Part shown: in pieces, positions 42,551 to 55,633 of the stretch
How the letters are laid out: each line of letters opens with the position of its first letter
How positions within the stretch are numbered: the first letter of the stretch is position 1
Assembly: GCA_951406725.2 (NCBI GenBank)
Contig: OX597825.1
Span: 86,800,001 to 86,864,000 of the forward strand
DNA length: 64,000 nt
From: Octopus vulgaris
Lineage: Eukaryota
Reading direction: 5' to 3'
The notes under the pieces: generated by a model
Told to the model about the DNA's origin: nothing
The model's input: only the letters and a program-made list of their open reading frames with translations
Database searches by the model: none
Made by a program: the position numbers and the translations under genes

Positions 42551-42830
42551 GCTACATGGCTAAGTAGTTAGGATGCTGCACTAATGATCGCCGGATCATG
42601 GTTTCAATTCCTGCGCCAGGTGGTGCATTGTGTTCTTGAGCAAAACACTTCATCTTATCTTGCTCTGCCATCACTTCGACACCTGACGCGTGGCACACCG
42701 TGCCTCTGTTCAGACAACGTCTATTTGATGGAAAGAAGTGAGCCTCTGTGCGGCACAAACATTTGATCACTCGAAGCAAATCAACTGTGCAGTTCGTTCA
42801 ACAAGGAATAACAGAATTGTCTTTCTTGGA
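42551..42830 (+). mobile_element. tRNA-derived SINE, further family
   Basis: tggctaagtagttagg (A box-like), ggtttcaattcc (B box-like), then tgtgttcttgagcaaaacactt. Confidence 0.6.
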
Positions 42831-43843
42831 ATACGGGAGACTGTCTGTCTGTCAAATCTGTATGTCTGCTTATCTGTCTTCCTGTCTGTCTGTGTTCTGA
42901 ATTCAGATAAATACCAGTCATATTCTCGCGTCCATTCTATTGTCTGTGGTCTTCCTCTGTAAATTGAGTCAATGAATATGTTGATGAACGAACAAAGCAG
43001 CCACTAATTATTGGCTGTTTGATCGGTTAGAAATAACACCCGAGTGTACAGTATTGTTACAAATGCGAGGTTACGCTAACAGGGAAATCCCAGATCCTTC
43101 AAAAAAGGACGAAACGGTTATGGTTAATAGGTTTTCGAAAACCTGTCTGTTTGTTCTTGGCTGACCTTCGGGGCCAAACAACATCCACAATAACAACCCT
43201 TTTTTCTCTAAAACAAGGCAATGGAAACAGAAACATTCCAATGTGAAATTGAATAACTATTTGGTTACTGATTACACTAAACATCCATTTAATTTCATCT
43301 CAATATACATAACACACACACAGATACACACACACGCACACATACACGCACAAACACACGCACATGGACACACGCACAAACACACACACACACAAACACA
43401 CGCACGCATACACAAGATGACAACAGAAACACACACGGACACACGTACAGACAGACAGACAAGCACACAGACACACATACACAGACAGACAGATAGATAC
43501 ATACACACACACACACACACACACATACACACACCAGACACGCACTCAGAAAAACCAAAAGAACTCTGTTTGAAAAATATAAAATATTCTTTTAGAAATT
43601 TAAGTATATATTTCAGATCTTTTATGTTTTTTTTTTCATTTGATTTTCAGTTTCATTGAAATTTTATTGGTTTTACACATTTAATTTCAATTTTTCATAA
43701 TTTTTCCTATTTCGTTAAAATCACTCGCAGATATTTTTTCATACACCAGCAAATTCGATAACATGTGATTTCCAGAATATACATACATACATACATATCT
43801 ATGTACATATATGTGTGTATACATACATACATACATACATACA

Positions 43844-43874
<31 letters not shown>

Positions 43875-45319
43875 GTAGATATTTCTATATGTATGTATGC
43901 ACGTATATGTGTGTGTGTGTGTGAGTGTGTATTGTTAATGGCAGTGGTGCAGCTGAACCGCTTTCGTGCACGTCAAACATTTGCAGATTAAAATTTCTCT
44001 TTCTTACGATTTGATTTCGAAACGCATCGAGGTTGTTGACTGAGATTCGTATCGATCCGGCATCGATCAAAGCAGCATTAATTATTATGTAACTATCAGT
44101 GCAGGGATGCGTTCAATTCGGTTCAGTCAACGAGGTTATCCTTTACCTTTTCCTGACACATTCAATCTCGGATTACACTATCCATTGTCTCATTCCTTTC
44201 TCCAGAACTGGATTCGGTTCAACCCACGGCATAATTCTTTGCTAAAGATTTGAGCCACTTCACCGAAGTCCAAATTTAGTGTGGGATATTTTTCATTTTG
44301 GCAAGGACCGCCGGGCTTAGCTTCGCATCGCTGCAAGCAGAGAGAGGGAGATTGTGACGTGTTTTCAGTCACGTGGTTTACACTGCTAACGGCATCGAAA
44401 GCAACACAAATGTGTAAATTTGAAGTATTCCATGTTGGCTGATGTCCAGTTTATTTTGGGAAATATTCTAATAAATTCGAAACAAAATACGGCAACTTTT
44501 TCCAGTGTGTGCACCAGAGGAAACAAAGCAAAACAAAAACTAAAGTTTCAAGAAAAAAAGAATAACAAAACTACCAGAGTCCAGAGATCGAAGTTATGGA
44601 ACTCTGGAGGCAGAGAGAAAAGAAGGAAATAGAAAGGAAAAGAAAGTTTGGAAATATTGGTGAATGGGAAGTTTATGGTGAATTCATAGAAAGCTTAGAT
44701 AATAAAATAATAACACAAGTGATTAAAACTAATTATTAAAAATGACAATATTAATGAATAATGACAGATGAATAATGACAAATAACACTCTTTATTTAAG
44801 AGTGAACAACTGGCAAATTTATTGTTTCTCAAGAGAAAACATATTTGAATAAGATGTCACTTTCTATAAAAACAGACTTTACGAAATAAAACATCGCAAA
44901 ACGAAAATACACCGATCAATACTGAACAAACAATAAACAAATACTAATACAACAACTACAATAAGAATACAATATTGAGAAATATGTTAATAGTTGTTAA
45001 TTGAGAGAAATTCGTTAAAAATGTTGTTGTTTGTCTGAGTTGGCCACACCATTTCGTCAATATTTATGGCATTTTAAAATGTTTTAAAACAAGAGGATAT
45101 TAGATAGCAGAATGGGTAGAGCGCTGCTTTGAATGATGAGGTATTTACTTAGATCTTTTTAAGTTCTTAGTTCAAATCACACACACAGACACATATAATT
45201 CATATATTTCATAAAAGTATATCTGTATGTACGGTATTCGAGAGTATATACGGGGGATGTCAAAGAATATGAAAGTCGTGAAAGACTCTCTTGAAGGTAT
45301 GAACTATCTAATACAGATT

Positions 45320-45402
<83 letters not shown>

Positions 45403-46221
45403 TCCAAATGAAATAGGGATAAGAATGTGCATTGTACGTTTAATCGGAAAATTATATAAGTGGTTGAAGATTGCTCGGCATTTTAAAACTGATGTAATAC
45501 TTACAGTGTTTAATAAAATGAAGTAGCGTGAAACGATTGTACTACTCTACCTTGGATATCCTTGTTGCTTATTTTGATTATAATCACCCCATTTGATTTA
45601 TATGGATAATACCATACAGAATTCTGGTGCCTTTAACTTAAGTACCATATTCATCTGAATATAAACGTGCTTCCTTGAGAAAGTGAAACAATACGGAAAC
45701 CTTTCCATTGTTTTCTCTAGTTTGTTGAAATGATTAAATCAACTTCAGTCAACTTTTCTGAACTATTCAGAAATTCCGATCAAATAATCTTATTGCAGTT
45801 ATTTAACTTTCAGATTCTAAAAGCGGAAGTATCTTTTACCAATTGCTTCTGCGTCTCACGTGTTAGATGTAAGACTTTACTTTTTGGAAATGTTTTTTTG
45901 TTAACGAAACACGTCGCGTGCGTAATGCTTACTTATACACCTACGCCATCTGTTGAGAGAATTATCTCATTACAAAAGATTATCATTGATTAAAAAAAAA
46001 ACATTAAAAGACTGAAAATGTCTTCTAAGCACCGAAGTTTCCTGTCAACCGACATCCATGTCATGAAGAGGATATGCGATAAAGTTCTCACTCGATTCTA
46101 CACCTGTTTATCTTTGAGTATATTTCCTGATAACATCGTTGCAATGAGAGTTTGGCGAGTGTGGTTTACGTATTTCCTCTTTCAGAAAACACAACGAAAA
46201 CACCTCAACTTATTTCTTCTA

Positions 46222-46421
46222 TCTTTTACTTGTTCCAGTCATCAGACTGCGCCCACGCTGGGGCAGCGCCTTGAAGAATTTCTTTAGCACAATGAATCGA
46301 CCCCACTACTTATTTTTTTCTTTCAGCCCTACACTTATTCTATCGGTCTCTTTTGCCGGACCCTATAAATTACAGGGCCGTAAACACACCAACACCGGTG
46401 GTCAAGCGGTGGCGGGGTCAA

Positions 46422-46471
<50 letters not shown>

Positions 46472-46571
46472 GGCTTTGGTCGGCCCGCGGCGATAGTAGA
46501 AGACACTCGTTCAAGTTGCCGCTCATTGGGCCTGAACCCGGAATCGTGTGATTGGGAAGCAAGCCTGCACC
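46222..46571 (-). mobile_element. SINE family A
   Basis: Diverged reverse-complement match to family A. Confidence 0.8.
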
Positions 46572-47448
46572 TATTATTAGTAGCTGATCACATATCTTAA
46601 CCCTTCCAACATTTCGTTACTTTAGTATTCACCAACAAGAACGAAAGCTACAGGTGGCCAAGTCGATACGGCACCAGTTTGTCGATATTATGTCACGAGT
46701 TCGTGCTACACAAAAGGCGATGCACTGTATCATCCATTCTATGAGATTTTTGTCTGAAAGATCAGAGAATTCGTCTCATTGTATTATTCTCTTGTAAATT
46801 GATTCATTACACAAAAACGAAGTCTTCGGCAGTTTTATTCCTCATGACCTCCTCTTTTACAAGTAGAGAAAGAATTTCCTTTCAAGATTTCTTTTTTTTC
46901 GGTTTTTCGTTTCGGCTTCCATTTATGTTTTCACACTCATTTTATGGGTGTCGACTAGTCTTGGCGGTGTGGGTGTTTAGGTATATCTGTGTATGTGAAT
47001 GTGTGTATATGTGCTAATGCATATGTGTGTGTGTGTGTGCTTGTATGTGAATGGAACATGGAGTCTGTGCATGTGGGCAGCCAGTAACTGCTTCTGCATC
47101 ATGTGTTTATTTGATGTACGCACATGCGCAAGACGATGACGGCGTGTGTTTTTACGTGTATATTTGTGTGTGTGTGTGTGTGTGTGTGTCGTACGTGCAG
47201 ATATGTGTGTGCATGGAAATATGTGTGAATCTTCGTGTGTGTGTGTTTATACAAACATCATTGTGTATAAGCATGTCTGTGTGCGTAAATGTGTGCGTAT
47301 AAACAGGTGTTTACAATGGAGAGTGTGCGTGAGTGTGCGTGTGTTGTGTATGTATGTGTGTGTATGTATGTGTGTGTATGTGTGTGTGTGTATGTATGCA
47401 TGTGTAGGACCGTGTGTCTTTTTTCAGTGGAGCAGGTCGATGATGATG

Positions 47449-47480
<32 letters not shown>

Positions 47481-47970
47481 GATGATGATGATGATGGTGA
47501 TGATGATGGTGATGATGGTGATGATGATGGTGACGATGGCGAAGTAATGATTTGGTTCGGAGTTCCTTGGGAGAATGGCTGCTGCTCTGAGAATCGATTA
47601 TTGATAACATGTAATACTTCTTTCTTGTGAAATGAAAGACAAAACAAAAAATAATAAAAATAATTAAATAAACAGACAAATACATTGAAAAACAAACACA
47701 CGAACGAATGAAAATGATGGAAACGAAGGAAAGAATAAAGAAAGAGGCTGAAAGAAAACAAGAAAGAAAAGGAGGAAGGAGGAAAACAGCTGAAGTGTAA
47801 AAAGGAAAAAAAAGAAAGAAAGCGAAGACGAATGTTTTAAGAAAAGGAAAAGAAAAAAGAAACGAAAAAGAAACGAAAAAGAAAAGTACTTGTCAGTTTT
47901 AAGAAAGTTTAAAGTCTGAAACATCGCTGCTCCGATTACGTGATGTTTCTGCGATCAGTTGGACATCGAT

Positions 47971-48056
<86 letters not shown>

Positions 48057-48161
48057 GCTGAGTAAAATTCTATGTCAGTCTAGTGGCAAACTTGGAATAT
48101 AATATTAGCAGTAGCAGCAGTAGCGGCAGCAGCAGCAACAACAACAACAACAACAACAACA

Positions 48162-48224
<63 letters not shown>

Positions 48225-49204
48225 GAGAATATAGTAATATCAATGGTAGTTCTTTTGAAAAAAACAGTAGCTGCCATCACAAGAGGAACAACATTTTAAA
48301 CTGTGAAATAAACAGAAGCAAATACAGAGATATATTTGGGAAGAACTTGAAGGTGAAACAGTTGTTGCATAGCGCTCTACCCTCGACTCTCTACCCTGTC
48401 GCCTGTTGCCTGTCCTCTCTTCCCTCTCCTCTCTTCCCTCTCCTCTTCCCCCCACCCAGTCCCATTTCACGCTCCCCTTTACCGTCTTTAACATAAAGGA
48501 TAGCCATATTGAATTTATAAATATTTCAACGAAAGAAAAGGGGGAAAAATACATAAAACAATAATAAAAAAAATGCTTCCGTATAAATCTACTTAGGTTG
48601 TTGATTTGTAAATATTTTTCTGTTTTTGTAAACACAATTTGATCAGTTAAAACCTGTATAAAGATAATCTGATCAAACGCTTCACGTAATCGATAAAACA
48701 CTTGCAAAATCAGCAATCTCGCAATCAATATTGGTTAATACCAGCTTCCATTTTAAACTTGCTGTTCCTCTTAACCTTTGACATTTCCGTTGATCGATGG
48801 CGACAAAAGATACGCTGGATTATCTATAAATCCTGTACAGATTCGTTGGAATTATCCCTGCTAATAAATAAACTATTATTAACTCAACGACGGACTTTAT
48901 TGCTAAACTGAAATGTGTCTGCGTTTCCAAGGTTCCGTATCTGCCTGACAAATAAAGAATTTTACGAATTCAGGCGCATGCGCCAAATGTCAAGTCTGTT
49001 GGGTTGGTGCCATTGCCTATTTACCTCCCTTATAAGTCTTCATGTAGATTTATGATCATAGACTGTGAGGATGACTAAAATTACTCTATCCACGAATAAG
49101 GGCGTTCCATCCGTGAACATCTCGCCTTGACTATAGTTCTTAGGAGTCAATTATCCACTAACGTCTAACCACAAATTTGTGTCTTGTGCTTTCTCAGAAA
49201 CCAT

Positions 49205-49386
49205 TGCTGGTAGAATGGTTTGCGCCATTTCGCCCGTCTTCACGCTGTGACATCAAATTCCGCTGAGGTCGACTTTGCCTTTCATCCTTTCGGGGTCGAT
49301 AAAATAAGTACCAGTTGAGTACTGGGGTCAATATAATCGACTGGTCCCCTCCCCCAAAATTCCAGGCATTGTGCTTATAGTAGAAA
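49205..49386 (+). mobile_element. SINE family B (a second decayed copy follows at ~49503..49680)
   Basis: gaggtcgactttgcctttcatcctttcggggtcgataaaataagtaccag. Confidence 0.8.
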
Positions 49387-49399
49387 TAATAATAACAAC

Positions 49400-49452
<53 letters not shown>

Positions 49453-49827
49453 TAATAATGATAATAATAACTATAGTAGTTATCATTATTATTATTATCA
49501 TCACGTCGGTAAAATGCCTAGCAGTATTTAGTTGTGTTTTTTTTATATTCTGAGTTCAAATCCCGCTGAGGCCTAACTTTACGTTTCTTCTCATCGGTGC
49601 TGATAAAAACAAGACCAGTCAAGTCCTGGCATTGATCGAATCGGCTCTATCGATCCTTCACTGCTGACGCCTTGTGCCTCCGTAAGTATTCGAAATTTGT
49701 CTACATTATTTCTGACGTTATTTCTGAACAGACCTATGTCTGTCGGCAAATTATTTTATTTCTGAATTCAAAGATTTTGGTTTCAAACACCTTTTGTAGT
49801 TATAAATTATTTTGATAAAATAATTGT

Positions 49828-49864
<37 letters not shown>

Positions 49865-52120
49865 AGAGAGAGAGAGAGAGAGGAAGAGAGAGAAAGAGAG
49901 AAGAAGAGAGAGAGAGAAGGAGAGAGTGTGTATTTCCGTATGTAAACTTGAAACTCGGTTCTACAAATAACAAATCAACCAGTCCATTATTTCTTTCACT
50001 CTCCTGTTCCTGTTTTAAGAGATCATCTATAACCTCCTTTATAAACTTTATATAGTAACGGTCTGTAATGGTGCTTTTAGCTATGACCACATGGCAATAC
50101 CAGTGGTCATTGGCTACGACTGGTGACCGTTTGACTCATGCAATCTCATCTGTATTTTTAAAAATTGCCACAACCCCATCAAAAAGTATTTAATAAGTTT
50201 TGGGCATAATCCGTAACATTACGTGGGTAAGACGAAATATCCTTTTGTAGGTACCAAATCTACTTCATTTCACTCTACGAGAAGGCCCTGTTTCCTATAC
50301 TTTCTAAAAACGATGAATGTAACAAACAATATTACGTCCCTTGACTGTAGACATCTCGAGAAGTTTTTAACAAGATTTGAACACAAGCTCTATGAATCTG
50401 TATTTGATAGTTGATAGCTTCAGGAGGATGTTTAATGACAATAATGATGGCAGGAGTATTAATATTGCCGGTGGTAAAATGACGTGAATATATTAGAGTC
50501 GTCGCAGTATTTGTTCTATCGTAACTGACCTCTGAAAAGATCGCCAGTATTTTTAACCTCAACTGTTTAAATTTCAGCGCCGTGTGTGGCTAACGCTTTG
50601 TATTCGTATTCACTCGATAAGTGTTGACAGCTGCCATGTTTATGAGGTAAAATGTCTCAGCGAAATTACAGCAAAAAATTCATAGAATGAAGGGAAAATA
50701 AATAAAAAAAAATAGCATAAAAATGTTGATAAGACAGTTTCCATATTATCAGGGTCCTGAGGTTAGAGTGGTCTTTTAAATAAAACTATTTATCAGAGCA
50801 GGAAAAATACCATAAAATATGCTTGTTTACAACATGACTATAACAAAGTAGCAGAGGGTGTCACGTGATGGATTAAACGGCAGACGATATTTCGTGACAT
50901 CGTTTTGTGATCTGAGTTCATATTCTGCCGAGTTCGCTATTGTTTCTTTCTTTATCAGTCACAAGATCGATAAAATGTCATCTCAATTGACTTCTCTCTC
51001 AAATCAACTTTGTGATGTTGTAACAAAGTTAGTAATCATATACTTTTCAAAAAATATCTTCGGAAGAACATGGTGTCGAATAGAAGAAACGGTACAGTGT
51101 CAAAGTAAATACCTCACAGGTTTAGTTTCGTTTTACTACGTTCAGAGTTCAAACTGACATCTATTCCCAAAGGATCGATAAAAGCAATGCAACTAATGAT
51201 ATAGTTATTGATTTGATTCAGTTATCTCTAGTATTTTCTGACAAGTTTATACTATTTTACCAATATTTCCTCGAAAACTAAGGAATGGTGTGACAGAAAC
51301 ATTAGATTGTTAGACTAGATGTCTCGTTTTCATCCTTATACTAAATGAAATGAAGGCGATGACTCAGCAGATTTGGATTGCCGGAAAACTTGCTTTCCAG
51401 TGTTATTACCGGCTCTCTGCATTCTGAGTTCACATTCCGCCAGGCTTAACTTTTCCTTTTATTCCTCCGAGGTCGATGAAGTACCAGCCAAGTACTGGAA
51501 TCGATATCATGGACTAACTCCTCCTCTTGCATTAATCAGAAATCCTTATAAGAAATGGTATGTAGTCAAAGAGTTCGGTTCACAATGATGACGTCTCGGT
51601 TTCAATCTTAGTGTATCTTCCCTTGGACATGTCCCCTCTATTGAAACCATATGAAGGTAATTGGGGGGAAAGAAATGTGCAGAAACCTGTTGGATGAAAT
51701 GTGAGATTGGAAGGCCTAGCCTTGATGAGGAGTGTTACTCTAATTCTCTCCAGAGATTACTGGTGTGTACGGGATACTCTGCCAGTTACAGTATAAAGAA
51801 TTGAAAAGGTTGTTCCATGAATCACATAAACCGAACATTTATAAATCGGCATCAAAGCAAGAATCCATTATAGCAAAATTTTGTCTCCACATTTCGAGTT
51901 GAAATCAGGCCGAGATCGATAAAATATAACATATCATGGACTCGGGGCCATTGATCACCCCTTCCCCTCCTTGTTAACATTCTGAGTTCAAATCTGAGTT
52001 AAATATCTTCATTACAATTGAAAAGATGGAAATATTTTCGCATAAAATGTTGGAGCAACCTGAAAGTTTTTTTGTATGTTAGGTAGTTTAGTAGTAACAA
52101 GAGGAGCAACAACACAATTG

Positions 52121-52561
<441 letters not shown>

Positions 52562-53112
52562 TCTCCGTATTCCGGGTGGTTATCTAATGTGTAACGTAGT
52601 GATACCTTCGCAAAGATTATCTCTGTATCATGTAATTTAGTAATATCTCTCAACGTTACGGTGTTCCTCTAACACAATATAGCGTCTTGCCAATGTAATA
52701 GAGCGACATTCCAGTTTGCCAATCTACATATAATATTATGTAGGGACCCTCAACCGCTCGTTTAATGTAATTTACCGATGCTCCGGTGTTCATTTAATGC
52801 AATTGAACGATAAACCAGTTTTTCAAATGCTCCACTGATCGTATAATGCAATGAATTGACGTCTTACTGTTTTAATGCTCGTTTAATGCAGTTTAGCAGC
52901 TGAAAGAAGTCGAAAGCAAAAACAACGAATACGAAAATCAACATATTGTATTGGAATATATTATTGGAGGGAAACTAACTTGTAAATCGCTACGATTTCT
53001 CTAACTCCCCATAGAACATAAAAAAGGAAACCCTTGACTTTACCCCCGCCCTACACATACACATACATCCCCTTATGTATATATATATATATGGATACAT
53101 ATACACATATAC

Positions 53113-53171
<59 letters not shown>

Positions 53172-53232
53172 TATGTGTATATATATACATATATATATAC
53201 ACACAGACACAGACACAGACACACACACACAG

Positions 53233-53265
<33 letters not shown>

Positions 53266-53849
53266 CATATACATATTTATGTGCATATTTGCATGTGAAT
53301 GTGTGTATTTGTGTGATTGTGTGTGTGTGTGTGTTGTATTAAATCTACCACCTAAGCTTGCAGACAGAAAGACAGACAGCCATACACACAGTCAATAGAT
53401 TTTCCATGGCAAACTTTGCTGATTGTAAAGTATTTTGTTGCCGTATCATCTGTGATCGATTTAGTTTTAATACGATGGTAAAATTCTTGGCACAATGCTG
53501 TTTGGAAAAGCTGCTTCATTGAAATACTGTTTTAATGCTATTACTGTGGATGAAAATCTGTGATGTAATTTTGTGGCCGACTTGACGTTCGCCCTCCGGT
53601 TCAACGTGAATATTGTCGAAATTCTTTGCAGATGAACGATCGTCATTTAAATCCGAATCTAATCTGTTCCAATATTCAATATAGAGACGGAAAATGAAAG
53701 AGGATAATCCATGAGATAAAAATGTTACCTAATATTCAGAATGTGCTGCGTTAATTACTTTATATAAATTGGCAACAGCTCAGAGACGATGCTGGGTTCG
53801 AGTTTCGGCCAAAACGAAACACGTGATACGTCTACGTGTCCTCTTTCTT

Positions 53850-53990
53850 ATTTTACGCGTTTCAGTTATTACACTGCGGCCATGCTGGGGCACCGCTTTG
53901 AAGAATTTTGAGTTCAATGAGTCAACGCCAGGACTTTTTTTCTTAAGCCTGGTACTTATTATATCGGGTTCTTTTGTCGAACCGCTACGT
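53850..53990 (-). mobile_element. SINE family A, 3' fragment
   Basis: gtttcagt..ctgcggccatgctggggcaccgc..tttgtcgaaccgct. Confidence 0.7.
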
Positions 53991-54285
53991 AAACACATAA
54001 CAATACATACAAATATGGATGAACACACACACACACACATGAACATACAGATGCGCACAATTGTTCATTTCTTCAGATTTTGGTACTTGAAAGTCTTGTC
54101 ATGTTTCTTTCTCCGAAGAATTCCTCCGAGGAAGAATTTCCAGAACAAGGAAACAACACTAGTCTTGAAAGTTCCACAACGGGAATAAACAAACAACCTA
54201 TTCTACACCATTCACTACTTAGGTCTAAGTTATTACTTTTACCTTTTGTTAATGATAATAATAATAATAATAATCATAATAATAC

Positions 54286-54328
<43 letters not shown>

Positions 54329-54444
54329 ATATATACATATAACATATGTATATATATATGTAGATATATGTATATATATACATATATATACTTATATACA
54401 CATATATATATATATATTGATACACAAATATAAATATATGTATG

Positions 54445-54481
<37 letters not shown>

Positions 54482-54493
54482 ATATATATATAT

Positions 54494-54723
54494 TTTTCTT
54501 TACTACCCACAAGGAGCTAAACACAGAGGGGACAAACAAGGACAGACAAACGGATTAAGTCGATTACATCGACCCCAGTGCGTAACTGGTACTTAATTTA
54601 TCGACCCCGAAAGGATGAAAGGCAAAGTCGACCTCGGCGGAATTAGAACTCGGAACGTAACGACAGATGAAATACGGCTACGCATTTCGCCCGGCGCGCT
54701 AACGTTTCTGCCAGCTCGCCGCC
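54494..54723 (-). mobile_element. SINE family B, full length
   Basis: Reverse-complement match to 25848..26078. Confidence 0.9.
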
Positions 54724-54727
54724 TATT

Positions 54728-54771
<44 letters not shown>

Positions 54772-54800
54772 AAAAAAGGAGATGTCGAACACGAGTGGTG

Positions 54801-55307
54801 ATATATAAAAAAGGAAATGAAGAAAATGCTGACAAATAATTGAAGTAATTTAAGTAATTTAATTAGGTGAAAGTTCTTTTTACCGGTTGCGCATTTGTTA
54901 TGCTTATCAAAATATAAAAGAGAGATTAGAGTCTGTCTCTTATATGTGAAAAAAAGAGGCTCCAGAGTTGTTTGGGATTTGCTTGGTTTCGCGCCTAAAA
55001 TTTTGATTGGTCATTATGAAGGGGTCACGTGAATGTTTGAATGGAAGTTGGTGTTGGGGTAAGAAAAAAGGCTCCAGAGAAGTTAAAATTTGGCTAGTGT
55101 CCCGCCTAAAATTTCTTATTGGCCATAATAAAGAGGTCACGTGAATGTTTAGAATTTTCGAAAATAGTGTTGTTGAAAATTCTTATTGTTCAGGCTGGTC
55201 AGTAGACGTCATGTGGATATTTTAAATAGCTTTTTAGCGCGTAGTTAGGGAGTGTATTTTCCGCTTGACTGGATAATTAAGTTCGTTTAGAACAGGGAGA
55301 GCTGTAT
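54801..55307 (-). repeat. 3' pseudo-LTR of the PLE (inverted repeat arm 1)
   Basis: Reverse complement of 57947..58453. The ORF track gives an identical 66-aa translation at 54940..55140(-) and 58114..58314(+). Confidence 0.93.
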
Positions 55308-55633
55308 GTATGTATGTATGTGTGTGCGCGCGCGCGCGCGTGTGTGTTTATATGTATGTTGGGGCGCGCGCGCGTGTATATATGTGTGTGTGTGTGGGTA
55401 AAATTTTCAATATTTATAGTTCTGCTGGCCTTGTGCCTGTATCGGGAAGCAACGTATTTGTGTGAAGTCAATATTTACAGCCATTTCCAAAAAATAGTGT
55501 TGGATGTTTTGCACCCGTATTCAATTATGTGTATGTGTGGAACCATATATTTGTGTGTGTCATGGTGTTAATATCTGGGTAAAGGTGTGTGTAGGGTGTG
55601 TGCAGGTGTAAGTGTGTTTGTTGTGGGTTCGTG

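Noticed and set aside
52562-52820. Possible decayed R4-type 3' end on the minus strand next to the (ATT)n tract
   Set aside because: The position is suggestive, but no clear motif could be recovered.
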